A stretch of 64,000 bases of DNA, from NCBI GenBank assembly GCA_963664395.2, contig OY761159.2:2464001-2528000 (forward strand). Reading direction: 5' to 3'. Of the stretch, positions 20,528 to 31,092 are shown in pieces. Each line of letters begins with the position of its first letter. The stretch's first letter is position 1. A program made the position numbers and the translations under genes. The DNA comes from Candidatus Binatia bacterium. GTDB lineage: Bacteria; Desulfobacterota; Binatia; Bin18. Below the pieces are notes generated by a model. That model worked only from the letters and a program-made list of their open reading frames with translations. It was not told where the DNA came from and ran no database searches.

Positions 20528-21938
20528 AGAGGCGGTGACTGAAGAGAGCTTTGCGGCCCTACTCGAACGTGAACAGACCGGGCCTGCGTTGAGCAGTGGC
20601 CAAGTTGTGAAGGGCCGGGTCATTCTCATTAGTGTGGATAGTGTCTTCATCGATGTCCGGGATAAAGGTGAGGGGATTATTGACCGTGCCGAGCTCGAAA
20701 ACGAGCAAGGCGAGCTTGACATTACGGTCGGAGACGAAGTGGAAGCAACGGTTCTCTCAACAGAGGGAGAACTCCGACTGTCACGGAAATTGCTCAAAGG
20801 CGCCCAAGCCCAACAGCGCTTGGCACTCGCCCTGGAGCATCAATTACCGGTTGAAGGAACCGTGACCCGTGAGACCAAAGGTGGATATGAAGTGCTGGTC
20901 GCCGGGATGCGTGCATTTTGTCCCTTCTCTCAGATGGGGCTCCGCCGTCCGGATTCGCCCGAGGCGTTTCTTGACCAAACGCTGGAGTTCCATGTCATAC
21001 ACTACAGCGACAGGGATATTGTCCTCTCCCGTCGCCAGCTCCTGGAGGAACAAGCTGCGCGAGCCGCGGAAGAGACCCGGCGGAAGCTCGTCCCAGACGC
21101 AGTGCTTCCCGGAACAGTCACCTCTCTCACTCATTTTGGCGCATTTATTGACCTTGGGGGAATACAGGGTTTAGTGCATATCTCCGAGATTTCGTATTCG
21201 CGGCTGGGAACGCCGGACGATCGACTCAGCGTTGGCGAAGCGGTCACGGTCAAAGTGCTCAAAGTTGAGGCGGAAACCGGTAAGGTTGCACTGAGTCTGA
21301 AAGCGCTTGAAGAGGACCCCTGGACGACAGCGATCGAGCAACTGCGTGAACGCCAAGTGGTGAGCGGCCGTCTGGTTCGGATGACGGACTTTGGCGTCTT
21401 TGTCGAACTCTTGCCCGGCGTCGACGGACTACTGCACGTGAGTGAGATTCCGCGCAGCCAACAGGGAGCATTGAAGGAGGCGGCCGTCACTCACGAAGAG
21501 GTGACTGTGCTGATTTTGACAATTGACCCCGAGAAACGGCGGATTGCCCTGGCTCTGGCCCCGGAAGGACTCGCTCCGGGCGACCGGGCCGAAGAGGTAG
21601 CGCTCGCCGCCGGAACCGTCGCGACCGGAGCGGTTGAGCGCGTTGAGTCGTTTGGGGTCTTTGTTCGGCTTGGCCCTGGGCAGATGGGGCTGATTCCCAA
21701 TGCGGAGATGGGGACGCCGCGTGGAACGGATCACCGCAAAGAGTTTCCGCCTGGAACTGAAGTGAAGGTTGCCGTGCTGGCAGTCGAAGAAGAGGGGAAA
21801 CGAATCCGCTTGTCTCGCACCAAGGCACGCGCGCATGAAGAGCAGGCTGAAACACAAGCCTACCTGGCGTCAACGCAACAACCGCAGTTCGGGCTCAGCC
21901 TGGGCGATCTCTTGCAGCAGAGCAAAAAGAAAGAATAG
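20496..21938 (+). CDS. 30S ribosomal protein S1-like multi-S1-domain RNA-binding protein
   Basis: Repeated S1 motifs: FGAFIDLGGIQGLVHISEI, FGVFVELLPGVDGLLHVSEI, FGVFVRL. Confidence 0.88.
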   Translation: MREEPGQSPPEEAVTEESFAALLEREQTGPALSSGQVVKGRVILISVDSVFIDVRDKGEGIIDRAELENEQGELDITVGDEVEATVLSTEGELRLSRKLLKGAQAQQRLALALEHQLPVEGTVTRETKGGYEVLVAGMRAFCPFSQMGLRRPDSPEAFLDQTLEFHVIHYSDRDIVLSRRQLLEEQAARAAEETRRKLVPDAVLPGTVTSLTHFGAFIDLGGIQGLVHISEISYSRLGTPDDRLSVGEAVTVKVLKVEAETGKVALSLKALEEDPWTTAIEQLRERQVVSGRLVRMTDFGVFVELLPGVDGLLHVSEIPRSQQGALKEAAVTHEEVTVLILTIDPEKRRIALALAPEGLAPGDRAEEVALAAGTVATGAVERVESFGVFVRLGPGQMGLIPNAEMGTPRGTDHRKEFPPGTEVKVAVLAVEEEGKRIRLSRTKARAHEEQAETQAYLASTQQPQFGLSLGDLLQQSKKKE

Positions 21939-21967
21939 ACAGCGTACGATATTGGGAGACGCCCAGC

Positions 21968-22639
21968 CTACGAATGTTGTGAGAGGCTGGCCCGCAGCCG
22001 CCGCACGCCCTCGCCCGGTCCGCCGGCTGCCCCAAACACGGCCGACCCGGCAACAAGCAGAGAGGCTCCTGCGGCCACAACTGACGGAGCCGTTGTGGCG
22101 TCAATGCCGCCGTCAATTTCAATCGCTGCCTGGGCTCCGCGTTCCTGCAGGCGTGCAGCAAGGCGACGGACCTTCTCTACACTCGAACCAATAAAGCGCT
22201 GCCCGCCAAAACCGGGATTCACGCTCATGATGAGGATCTGGTCAACGCTGTCGAGCACTTCTTCCAGCGTCGTAATCGAGGTGCCGGGATTCAGGACCAC
22301 GCCGGCTTGCTTGTCAAGCTGTTTAATCTGCTCAATGGTGCGGTGCAGATGCGGGCAGGTTTCCTGGTGCACCAGGATGATATCAGCCCCGGCGTGCGCA
22401 AAATCGGCGATATAGCGTTCGGGCTCAACAATCATCAAGTGGACGTCGAGCGGCAAGGTCGTACTCTTGCGGGCCGCCTCGACAATAAGCGGCCCAATCG
22501 TGATGTTTGGCACAAAACGACCATCCATCACATCGACGTGGATACGACTGGCCCCAGCCTGTTCGACTTCGGCAATTTGTTGTCCGAGGCAGCGAAAGTC
22601 AGCAGAGAGAATTGAGGGGAGAATGTGTACGGTTGCCAT
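21968..22639 (-). CDS. rpe: Ribulose-phosphate 3-epimerase
   Basis: [44 protein letters not shown]. Confidence 0.96.
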   Translation of the reverse strand: MATVHILPSILSADFRCLGQQIAEVEQAGASRIHVDVMDGRFVPNITIGPLIVEAARKSTTLPLDVHLMIVEPERYIADFAHAGADIILVHQETCPHLHRTIEQIKQLDKQAGVVLNPGTSITTLEEVLDSVDQILIMSVNPGFGGQRFIGSSVEKVRRLAARLQERGAQAAIEIDGGIDATTAPSVVAAGASLLVAGSAVFGAAGGPGEGVRRLRASLSQHS

Positions 22640-22753
22640 GCGTGTTTCTCGCTGCAAAGACATACCACACGAGCCGGAGCGTGACTATGGAATACGCGGC
22701 AGCGGACGGACGCTTACCGTTTCGGCGTATAATGGATAAGATACTGAAGCCGC

Positions 22754-22870
22754 ATGAACGAAGCCACCGCCCGTATCAAGATCAACACATTGCTCGAAAA
22801 AGCCGGGTGGCGGTTCTTTGCCGACGGCAACACCCCCGCCACTATCCGCCTTGAGCCCAGCATGACGCTC
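22754..22870 (+). pseudogene. N-terminal remnant of a type I restriction enzyme R subunit
   Basis: MNEATARIKINTLLEKAGWRFFADGNTPATIRLEP resembles the HsdR N-terminus; similarity ends after about 38 codons. Confidence 0.55.
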
Positions 22871-22923
22871 TCGCCACTCTTTCCCTTGACACTCTCCCAG
22901 CCGCTCAGTATCGTTTCGTCCAC

Positions 22924-23442
22924 ATGGGCGTTGCGGATGAAATCGTTGCCATCGTGGATGAAAACAATAGCGTGGTTGGCTCCGCTCCGCGGAAGGAAAT
23001 GCGCGCCAAGGCACTGCCCCATCGGGCCACGTATGTGCTGGTCTTTAACTCGCACGGCCAACTCTATGTCCAAAAACGGACCCTGACCAAGGATGTCTTT
23101 CCCGGCTATTACGACCCGGCCGCAGGTGGGGTTGTGCTGGCGGGCGAAGAATATGAGCAGGGCGCGGTGCGCGAGGTCGAAGAAGAGATGGGTGTCCACG
23201 GAGTGCCCTTGACGCCTCTTTTTCAGTTTTATCATCAGGATGCCCACAACCGGGTGTGGGGTGCAGCGTTCTCGTGCGTGTACGATGGCGCAATCGTCCT
23301 GCAGGAAGAAGAAGTCGAGAGTGGCGCGTTCATGTCCGCACCTGATATTCTGCGCATGGCCCAGACCGAGCCGTTCACACCCGATGGCCTGTACGTGTTG
23401 CAGCGCTATCTGGCTGAGTGCCGGACACAGGACGGGGCATGA
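22924..23442 (+). CDS. NUDIX hydrolase (YfcD/Idi-like)
   Basis: HRATYVLVFN, QKRTLTKDVFPG, Nudix box GGVVLAGEEYEQGAVREVEEEMG. Confidence 0.9.
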   Translation: MGVADEIVAIVDENNSVVGSAPRKEMRAKALPHRATYVLVFNSHGQLYVQKRTLTKDVFPGYYDPAAGGVVLAGEEYEQGAVREVEEEMGVHGVPLTPLFQFYHQDAHNRVWGAAFSCVYDGAIVLQEEEVESGAFMSAPDILRMAQTEPFTPDGLYVLQRYLAECRTQDGA

Positions 23443-24006
23443 AATTCGGACTGATTTTCACCCTCCAGGACCCGCCCCACGGAGAGCACCTGTCCCGGCT
23501 CTATGACGAGGTGTTTGCCCAGGCGGCCCTGGCCGAGGAGGCCGGCTTTGAGTTGTTTCTCCTGCCGGAACATCACCAGATGCCGGACGGTTATATGCCG
23601 GCGCCCCTTACCTTTGCCGCGGCGCTGGCAGCACATACCAAGCACGCACAGATTGGCACCGGCATCCTCCAACTCCCGCTGTATCACCCGCTGCACGTTG
23701 CAGAGCAAATTGCCGTGATCGACACGATTGCCAAAGGGCGCTTTATCCTTGGCGCGGGCTTGGGTCTGGTCGAGCACGAATTCAAGGCCTTTGAGATTCC
23801 GCTCTCTGCCGCGGCAACGCGCTTTACCGAATCGGTTGATCTATGGCACGCCGGAGCAGGTCGTGACCGAACTCAAACGCTACGAGCACGCCACAGGCTG
23901 CCGGTATATGATTCTCATGCTGCGCTGCCCGAGCGGTCCCAGCCACGCACAGACCATGCGCTGTATTGAGCGCTTCGGCACAGATGTCTTGCCGCACTCT
24001 GCATAA
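23439..24006 (+). pseudogene. LLM-class flavin-dependent oxidoreductase with internal deletion and frameshift
   Basis: N-part (PEHH, HPLHVAEQIAVID, GRFILGAG) joins at about 23838 to a C-part in another frame (IYGTPEQV...IERFGTDVLP). Confidence 0.8.
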
Positions 24007-24022
24007 GAGAGGAGAACCCACC

Positions 24023-24563
24023 ATGCCGAACGGACACGGATTCATTGACAGAGATGCCCATATTATCGAACCCGAAGATATGTTCGAGAAATATCTGGAT
24101 TCCAGATATCGCTCGGCCATGCCCAAGGTGTGGGCCAATTACCGCGGGGAGCCGCTCGGCTTTGGTTTTGAGGTCAGAATTCCCAACCCGGATGGGGGCG
24201 AATATCTGATGCCGTTCGGACGCGACCCGCTGAGGAATCCCGCCCAGGCCGATGGCAAGCCGCATAGCGGAGCGCAAGAAGCCGGCGAACGCGTTTTTCT
24301 GCCGGGGCATGCCGCCGGTCGAATATTTCAAACGCCAGTGCTATATCTCAGCCGATCCTGACGATCCCGGTATTCGGCAAGTCATTGACGCCATCGGCGA
24401 TAATAATATCGTCACCGCAACCGACTTCGCCCATCCCGAGGGCCGGCAGTACGCCTGGGCGGTCAAGGAGATGATGGCCTTGCCGGGCGTGTCAGATGAC
24501 AGTAAGCGCAAGATCATGTGGGATAACGCCTTGCGGCTGTATCCCATTCAGCCTGACGAATAA
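24023..24563 (+). pseudogene. Amidohydrolase-family protein with internal deletion and frameshift
   Basis: N-terminal IDRDAHIIEP; C-terminal EYFKRQCY...TDFAHPE...KIMWDNALRLY in another frame; the central region is absent. Confidence 0.75.
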
Positions 24564-24574
24564 GGAGGACGACC

Positions 24575-25465
24575 ATGGGCGAACTCACTCGGCTATCCGC
24601 AACAGCAGCGGCAAAAGACCTGACCAGTGCCATTGAGCGTGACGGCGCGGTGATCGTTGAAAATCTCATCGATGCAGGGCAGGTACAGGCGACCCTCGAT
24701 GATTTGATGCCGCACATCGAGGCCACCCCCACCGGCCCGGATGACTTTGCCGGCCATCAGACCACACGCACGGGCGCTTTGGTGGCGCGCGCTCCGGCCT
24801 GCCGCGCGCTCGTTATGCACCCCAGCATCATCGGGACGTGCAACGAGTTCCTGCTGCCCAACTGTGCCCGCTACCAGCTCCATCTTGCCCAGGTTATCCG
24901 CCTCATGCCCGGACAACAGAAACAGCCCCTGCACCGTGATCGTCTGGTCTGGGGCGATTATTTGCAGGGGGTTGAGCCACAGCTCAACACGCTCTGGGCA
25001 CTGACGGATTTTACATACGAAAACGGCGCCACCCAGGTTGTGCCCGGCAGCCCTTCGTGGCCCAAGGACCGAGAAGCAAAAGAAGAAGAAGTCCGCTATG
25101 CAGAGATGTCGCGCGGCTCTGTGCTGGTCTATTCAGGGACAGTCATTCACGCTGGCGGTGCAAACAACAGCGCCGCGGACCGGGTCGGACTGAATATCAC
25201 CTATTCGCTCGGCTGGCTGCGTCAGGAAGAAAATCAATACCTCTCCTGCCCGCCGGAGATCGCCAAGGATTTGGACCCCGCCCTCCAGGAACTCCTCGGC
25301 TATACCATGATGAGTTACGCCCTCGGCTACTTCACCCCGCCCGACCCGGTCCGGGGAGAGCCGGGCATCCGCCCGCCGGAATTTGCACTCGGCCGTCGGC
25401 CACGGAAAAACAGGCGGAAACTTCAGGCGCCCGAGGATTTGGCTGATTCGGGTCCCGCCGGCTGA
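24575..25465 (+). CDS. Phytanoyl-CoA dioxygenase family (Fe/2OG) protein
   Basis: QPLHRD (HxD), WALTDFTYENGATQVVPGS, HAGGAN, WLRQEENQ. Confidence 0.9.
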   Translation: MGELTRLSATAAAKDLTSAIERDGAVIVENLIDAGQVQATLDDLMPHIEATPTGPDDFAGHQTTRTGALVARAPACRALVMHPSIIGTCNEFLLPNCARYQLHLAQVIRLMPGQQKQPLHRDRLVWGDYLQGVEPQLNTLWALTDFTYENGATQVVPGSPSWPKDREAKEEEVRYAEMSRGSVLVYSGTVIHAGGANNSAADRVGLNITYSLGWLRQEENQYLSCPPEIAKDLDPALQELLGYTMMSYALGYFTPPDPVRGEPGIRPPEFALGRRPRKNRRKLQAPEDLADSGPAG

Positions 25466-25504
25466 ATCCGGGCAACAGGCAATGACTATCTGGGGGAGTC
25501 CACG

Positions 25505-26242
25505 ATGAGCGATTCGGCACTGCAGCCCGTGTACCCTCCGGTCTATCCGCATGATCCGCTTGAGGAGATTGCCCACGACGTTTTCATGGTCAGGGGCAGC
25601 ATTAAAATGAATGCCCTCATACGCATCTCACGCAATATGGCCGTCATCCGCCATGCCGGTGAGCTGACCCTGGTCAACCCGGTCCGGTTACATGCTGCCG
25701 AGGAAGAGAAACTCCAGGCGCTGGGGACGATAAGACACATCATGCGTCTCGGCCCTATGCATGGTCTCGACGACCCGTATTACGTCAACACATTTAAGGC
25801 CGAATTCTGGTGCCAACCCGGTGGCAGCATCTATACCCAGCCCAGCATTGATGTCGCAATGCGGCCCGACGACCCGCTTCCCTTTCCGGACGCGGAGTTG
25901 TTCTGTTTCAATGGCACGTTGCAGCCCGAGTCGGCGCTCGTGCTGCAACGCGGGAACGGCTTGCTCCTCACCTGTGACGCGATTCAGCATTACGACGACT
26001 ATAAGCATAACAATCTGCCGGCCCGGCTGATGTTGCCGTTGATCGGCTTTCCAAAAACCACCCTGATCGGCCCCATTTGGCTGAAGCGCCTGACACCCGC
26101 GGGAGCATCCCTCAGGCAGGAATTCGAGCGGCTGCTAACCCAAGACTTCGATGCCCTCCTGAGCGCCCACGGCAGTTTTCTGGCCCACGGGGCGAAGGCA
26201 GCGGTACGGGCCGCCGTTGAGCGCGCCTTTCCGGATGGATAA
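25505..26242 (+). CDS. Conserved hypothetical protein (metallo-beta-lactamase-like fold)
   Basis: RNMAVIR, HGLDD, LTCDAIQ and LLSAHG motifs. Confidence 0.6.
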   Translation: MSDSALQPVYPPVYPHDPLEEIAHDVFMVRGSIKMNALIRISRNMAVIRHAGELTLVNPVRLHAAEEEKLQALGTIRHIMRLGPMHGLDDPYYVNTFKAEFWCQPGGSIYTQPSIDVAMRPDDPLPFPDAELFCFNGTLQPESALVLQRGNGLLLTCDAIQHYDDYKHNNLPARLMLPLIGFPKTTLIGPIWLKRLTPAGASLRQEFERLLTQDFDALLSAHGSFLAHGAKAAVRAAVERAFPDG

Positions 26243-26263
26243 GGACGGCGGTCGCCTGACCGT

Positions 26264-26701
26264 TTACGAATCAGGCAGGAGCGTATACGCCCGCTCTGCA
26301 TACGGAAAGTCTTCGAGTTCAAAGTTGGGCTGTTCATAAGGCAGGTGGCGATTGATGTAGTAGGCACGAATCTCTGCGATTTTATCCCCACGGAAGATAT
26401 ACCACTCCGCCCCGCGTATGGCCTCGGCTTTGCCGGTTGGCGGCGTCCAGGTCATAGTCCATTCGATGACGCATTCGTTCCCTTGGACAATCGCATGGTC
26501 ACATGTCCAGGTGGCCTGAATGCGCGGCTGCATCCTGGCCCAATAGGCGGCGAGCGATTCTGCGCCTCGGATGGGGGCGTGGTGAGTAAAGTAGTGGACA
26601 ACGTCAGCGCTAAAAGTCGATTTCATCAGCTCTGCGTCCGCTGTACTACAACCGTGATAATACTTTTTTATGGTTTGTACGAATGGATGGTCTTGAGACA
26701 T
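26264..26701 (-). CDS. SnoaL/NTF2-like domain protein
   Basis: ADVVHY, VIEWT, GAEWYIFRGDKIAEIRAYY. Confidence 0.85.
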   Translation of the reverse strand: MSQDHPFVQTIKKYYHGCSTADAELMKSTFSADVVHYFTHHAPIRGAESLAAYWARMQPRIQATWTCDHAIVQGNECVIEWTMTWTPPTGKAEAIRGAEWYIFRGDKIAEIRAYYINRHLPYEQPNFELEDFPYAERAYTLLPDS

Positions 26702-26729
26702 GGTCTTCCTCCCGTGCGTACAGCCAGCG

Positions 26730-26957
26730 CTACGCGGTCTGGCCTACACGCAGACATTCCACATGCCGGACAGCATCCGTGTCCGGCTCCTCCCGTGGCT
26801 GCAACTCTTCTAACTGCTCCTTCAATTCTTCGCGCATCCGCTCCTCAAAATGTCCCGCACACATGGCCATACCAAACAACAGCAAGAGCAAAAGCGCGCC
26901 GGCGCCGACCAGGCAGCCGACGCCCATTTTTATCCCCCGTATAAAGTCTGACGGCAT
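26730..26957 (-). CDS. Small hypothetical membrane protein
   Basis: 75 aa with one hydrophobic helix then an acidic coiled segment; its 5' end is duplicated at 28498-28568. Confidence 0.45.
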   Translation of the reverse strand: MPSDFIRGIKMGVGCLVGAGALLLLLLFGMAMCAGHFEERMREELKEQLEELQPREEPDTDAVRHVECLRVGQTA

Positions 26958-26980
26958 ACGGCTTCCCGCTGTATCACAGC
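26910..26980. repeat. 71-bp direct repeat, copy 1 (flanks the Fic gene)
   Basis: Matches 28498-28568 with one mismatch. Confidence 0.92.
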
Positions 26981-27009
26981 GTAGTAATGGGTAGTTTCAC
27001 CGCACTAGG

Positions 27010-28464
27010 TCACAGAGTCGAGGACTCCCACAACGCCAGTCCTCGCTCTACCGCACTTTCGATCCAGTCCCGAAAACGCAGCTCTGTATCAGCGATGTCC
27101 TCTTTGTAATTGATCTGAAATACCTCGTCGCAAAGAGCCGTCTCTCCTTCTGACTCAGAGCCGCCATCATCCGTTGGCACCCGCTGAAACCAGGTGCCTG
27201 AGCAAACCAGGACGCCCCGGAATTCATGTCCGATGCAGTGAAACGTAATCAGAATGTTGCCTTGGCCGCCCCCTCTGGCAATCAGGCGCACCCAGGATCG
27301 ATAGTCTCTCGTATTCGCGTAGTATCCTAGCTGTTTGGCCGTTGAGACAATCTGGCGTTGAAAATAGTGGCTTCGTTCGCCCCGGTTTCCCTCATCATCA
27401 ACAGAAAAGGTGAAGTCGTGATGGTCGCTTAAGGCGTCCTCAAGTGACGAACAGACTTCGTTCATCCTTTCTTTCGCAAGTGTATGCAGATGCTCGGCGT
27501 TCGCCATCGCGGCTCGCCACTCTTGAACTAAGGCATCTCGTCGTTGAGCCAACCGCTGGCCGATTGCCTGGATGCGAGCATTGACGCGGATGTCTTTCTC
27601 TAAGCCACGAGCTATGCCAAGAGCGTTGACGAACTCCCGCTTTTGGAGCCCAGCAAAGAACGAGACGAGCGGCTTCAGATTGCCACGGTCGGCTTCCTCG
27701 AGTGCGCCGATATATTTGTCGCGTTCGCTGTCTCGAACGACCAGCGGTAGCCAGTCGGCCTTAACGAATATCAAGGTGGCAAGGGCTCGCGCGATGCGTC
27801 CGTTCCCATCCTGGAATGGATGGATTTGAGTAAACCGGTGATGAAGCCATGCGGCCTCGACTTCTGGCGCAACATCGTGATGGTTCCGGTGCAATTCGAT
27901 CAAGCTGTCCATTTCCGACGCAACCTGCTCTGGAGGACAATAAGGGTGAATAGTCCCGTCGGGGCGCGTGGGATTGTTCGGTTGTCTCTTGTAGTCGCCA
28001 CGAATGAGCGGTACTTGCACCTTACGGCCGGACGGGTCTCGTCCTTCGACAAATTCCTGGTGGCGGGTGAATACTTGATGCAGCTCTTTAACATAGCTTG
28101 TTGATAACTGACGATCTCCTTTGACAAATGCGAAAACGCTCTCAACCGCATTTTCTTGATCGTCGATCATCGCCACAATATGTCCGGGATCGTCCGCGAC
28201 GTGACGAGGAATAAGCGCTGCGTTTACGCCGCGTTCGATCATCAATTCGGTAATACCGTGGTCCAGCGTGTAGAGCCGTTCAATAAGACCCGTTTCTATT
28301 GCCCATTCACGTTTAAGGCGCTCCGTGAACTTGCTAATGTTGTCAGACTCGCTCAGCTTGGATCGTTGCTCAACCCAAACGCCCGAAAGGGCACGCAGTT
28401 CCTTATCGGCCAAACCCTTTGGCTCGGTCTCGTAGTCGAGAATCGGGTACCACTCCTGGGACAT
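27010..28464 (-). CDS. Fic family protein
   Basis: Canonical HPFQDGNGRIAR motif; N-terminal AIETGLIE inhibitory-like helix. Confidence 0.92.
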   Translation of the reverse strand: MSQEWYPILDYETEPKGLADKELRALSGVWVEQRSKLSESDNISKFTERLKREWAIETGLIERLYTLDHGITELMIERGVNAALIPRHVADDPGHIVAMIDDQENAVESVFAFVKGDRQLSTSYVKELHQVFTRHQEFVEGRDPSGRKVQVPLIRGDYKRQPNNPTRPDGTIHPYCPPEQVASEMDSLIELHRNHHDVAPEVEAAWLHHRFTQIHPFQDGNGRIARALATLIFVKADWLPLVVRDSERDKYIGALEEADRGNLKPLVSFFAGLQKREFVNALGIARGLEKDIRVNARIQAIGQRLAQRRDALVQEWRAAMANAEHLHTLAKERMNEVCSSLEDALSDHHDFTFSVDDEGNRGERSHYFQRQIVSTAKQLGYYANTRDYRSWVRLIARGGGQGNILITFHCIGHEFRGVLVCSGTWFQRVPTDDGGSESEGETALCDEVFQINYKEDIADTELRFRDWIESAVERGLALWESSTL

Positions 28465-28497
28465 GCTTCACCTCTCCTTGTTAGGATAAAAATAGGG

Positions 28498-28568
28498 CAG
28501 GCAGCCGGCGCCCATTTTTATCCCCCGTATAAAGTCTGACGGCATACGGCTTCCCGCTGTATCACAGC
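28498..28568. repeat. 71-bp direct repeat, copy 2
   Basis: Matches 26910-26980. Confidence 0.92.
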
Positions 28569-28739
28569 CGGAAACGGGCGGGAATAGCGAGGCCGGCTTG
28601 ACGGGTAAGGAGTGTCCTGGGAAGCCTCGGACGAACTAACCGAGTGGGCGGGGCAGGCGAGTTCCTCGCGTTGCCGTCAGCCTGAGCGGCATGGTAGAAA
28701 GACCCCCGATGGGGAGACGGACTGGAGTAAGGAATTCCC

Positions 28740-30245
28740 GTGCAACGCGCTCAATATATTCTCGCTCTTGATCAGGGCACGACCAGCTCACGCGCCATCC
28801 TCTTTGACCGGGCAGGCACGCTACACGCGATTGCCCGGAAAGAGTTTACCCCGCTTTTTCCTCAGCCCGGCTGGGTGGAGCAGGATGCCAATGAGATGTG
28901 GTCGTCTCAGGCAGCGGTCATGACGGAAGTCCTGGCTCGGGCGGGTCTGTCGAGCACGGATGTCATCGCCCTGGGCATCACCAATCAGCGCGAAACAACC
29001 ATCGTCTGGGACCGGGAAACGGGCCAGCCGATTTATCCTGCCATTGTCTGGCAAGACCGTCGCACCACGCCGTTGTGCAACACACTGAAGCAACAGGGTC
29101 TGGAAACGTTTTTTCGAGACAAGACCGGACTGGTCATCGATCCCTATTTCTCGGGTACGAAAATCCGTTGGATCTTGGACAATATTCCAAACGCCCGCCA
29201 CCGGGCCGAAGCCGGCCGGCTGGCCTTTGGCACCGTTGATTCCTGGCTCGTGTGGAAGCTGACCCAAGGGAAGAAACATATCACTGACGTAACCAATGCT
29301 TCACGCACCCTGTTGTTCAATATCCGGACGGGAGAGTGGGATCAGGAACTACTCGAAGCGCTCGACATCCCCCGCCAGCTCCTGCCCGAGGTGCATAGCT
29401 CCAGCGAAGTCTACGCAGAAACGTCAACAGATCTCCTCGCCACGGCTGTCCCTATTGGCGGGATTGCCGGCGATCAGCACGCGGCATTATTCGGCCAAAT
29501 GTGCACGACGCCCGGCATGGTGAAAAATACGTATGGCACGGGCTGCTTCATGCTCATGCAAACCGGAGAGAGCCCCGTTGCCTCTCGGAACAATCTGCTC
29601 ACCACCGTGGCGTGGTGTGTCGATAACCGCACGCAGTATGCGTTGGAAGGCAGCGTCTTTATTGCAGGAGCCGTCGTGCAGTGGCTGCGTGATGGACTGG
29701 GCATTATCACGTCATCTTCAGAAGTCGAGACACTCGCGGCAAGCGTCCCGGGCACAGATGGTGTATATCTCGTTCCTGCCTTTTCCGGCCTTGGCGCACC
29801 GCATTGGGACCCATACGCGCGCGGCGCACTCCTCGGTTTGACGCGCGGATCGACCGCGGCCCACATTGCCCGGGCTGCGCTCGAAAGCATTGCCTATCAG
29901 TCCATGGATGTCCTGACGGCCATGGAGGCAGATGCGGGTATCCGGCTCACACAGCTTCGCGTAGACGGCGGCGCAACAGTGAATAATCTGCTGATGCAGT
30001 TTCAGGCAGACATACTCGGCGTTCCGGTGGTTCGTCCGAAAATTGCAGAGACAACCGCGCTGGGGGCGGCCTATTTAGCCGGCTTAGCGGTTGGCTATTG
30101 GAAAGACCCCGGCGAGATTGCTACCCAGTGGCAAATTGATCACGTTTTTGAGCCTGCCCTGTCGCCAGAACGCCGAGAGGAACTCAGGGCCGGCTGGACG
30201 AAGGCCCTGGACAGAGCAAAGGATTGGGCAACACCGGATACCTAA
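28740..30245 (+). CDS. glpK: Glycerol kinase
   Basis: [51 protein letters not shown]. Confidence 0.97.
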   Translation: MQRAQYILALDQGTTSSRAILFDRAGTLHAIARKEFTPLFPQPGWVEQDANEMWSSQAAVMTEVLARAGLSSTDVIALGITNQRETTIVWDRETGQPIYPAIVWQDRRTTPLCNTLKQQGLETFFRDKTGLVIDPYFSGTKIRWILDNIPNARHRAEAGRLAFGTVDSWLVWKLTQGKKHITDVTNASRTLLFNIRTGEWDQELLEALDIPRQLLPEVHSSSEVYAETSTDLLATAVPIGGIAGDQHAALFGQMCTTPGMVKNTYGTGCFMLMQTGESPVASRNNLLTTVAWCVDNRTQYALEGSVFIAGAVVQWLRDGLGIITSSSEVETLAASVPGTDGVYLVPAFSGLGAPHWDPYARGALLGLTRGSTAAHIARAALESIAYQSMDVLTAMEADAGIRLTQLRVDGGATVNNLLMQFQADILGVPVVRPKIAETTALGAAYLAGLAVGYWKDPGEIATQWQIDHVFEPALSPERREELRAGWTKALDRAKDWATPDT

Positions 30246-30343
30246 AAGGAGAGGCGCACTGTGACGGACGGTTCATGTCCGTCAGGCCGCTCCGCGCAGC
30301 GCCTCCCCTCCGGTGGCTCAAAGTACATAATGCCCTTTACGGT

Positions 30344-30411
30344 GGGGTGGGTACTCTACAATCCAGAACACAGCCCGGCCCGTGTCAGCCGTACTAACGC
30401 CTCCGTAATCA
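30344..30411. repeat. Diverged copy of the cysteine desulfurase 3' end (direct repeat of 31081-31148)
   Basis: Encodes ITEALVRLTRAGLCSGL* versus ITETLVRLTRAGLCAGP*; flanks the TA pair. Confidence 0.85.
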
Positions 30412-30813
30412 CCGGTGTCCGAATTTGCCGGCGCCAGCTAACACGGTTCCGGGCGGAAGGCCTACAACGAGGAACGGCTTGCGAGCGGGAATCACGGCAT
30501 CAGGCAGATGCTTATGCTGTGGAAAACTCGACAGTCCAGGAAAGTGAGGCGTACTGTCATAACGAAAAATCAAACGGTTGTGTCCATCCTGACAGTGATA
30601 GCGATAATCGAGCGGAACGAGAGTATTTCCTTCGACTACGACGGCTTCATTAATTTCTAACAAATGCCCTTGCTCGAAGCGAAGACGCATCCGTAGATTG
30701 ACCCGCTCCGATGTCACAATCTCCTCAATATAGCGTTCAACGTAAGCATTGCCGCACTAGAGAATCGTCCTCTCAATCTTCTCCAGATAATCGGCGAGAG
30801 CTTCATGCAACAT
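30409..30813 (-). pseudogene. TumE/DUF6516-like toxin with a nonsense codon
   Basis: MLHEALADYLEKIERTIL*(TAG 30757-30759)CGNAYVERY...YRYHCQD...FRYDSTPHFPGLSSFPQHKH; start overlaps the antitoxin stop. Confidence 0.7.
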
Positions 30814-31036
30814 CGTGCAGGCTTTTCTCTAATTTCCGACGAAGTGCCAAATAATGGCGGTAATCATTCGCCCACTCCACAAACACAGCGTCATCCGACA
30901 GTTTGCCCCGGCTGTACCGATCAAAGAACTCCTCCGAGTCCATCTGCTGCTGGCTCTCATAAGTGCTCAGCCGTTTCGTCACTACTACCAATGCGTCAAG
31001 GGGTGAGGTGTATTCGATTGTTTGTTTCCGCATCAT
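30803..31036 (-). CDS. TumA-like antitoxin
   Basis: LSTYESQQQMDSEEFFDRYSRGKLSDDAVFVEWA pattern, upstream of the DUF6516-like toxin. Confidence 0.7.
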   Translation of the reverse strand: MMRKQTIEYTSPLDALVVVTKRLSTYESQQQMDSEEFFDRYSRGKLSDDAVFVEWANDYRHYLALRRKLEKSLHDVA

Positions 31037-31092
31037 TTCACCCGATATCCCCATCCCCTCTTGGGAGGGGTGCCGAAGGCGGGGTGGGTTCT

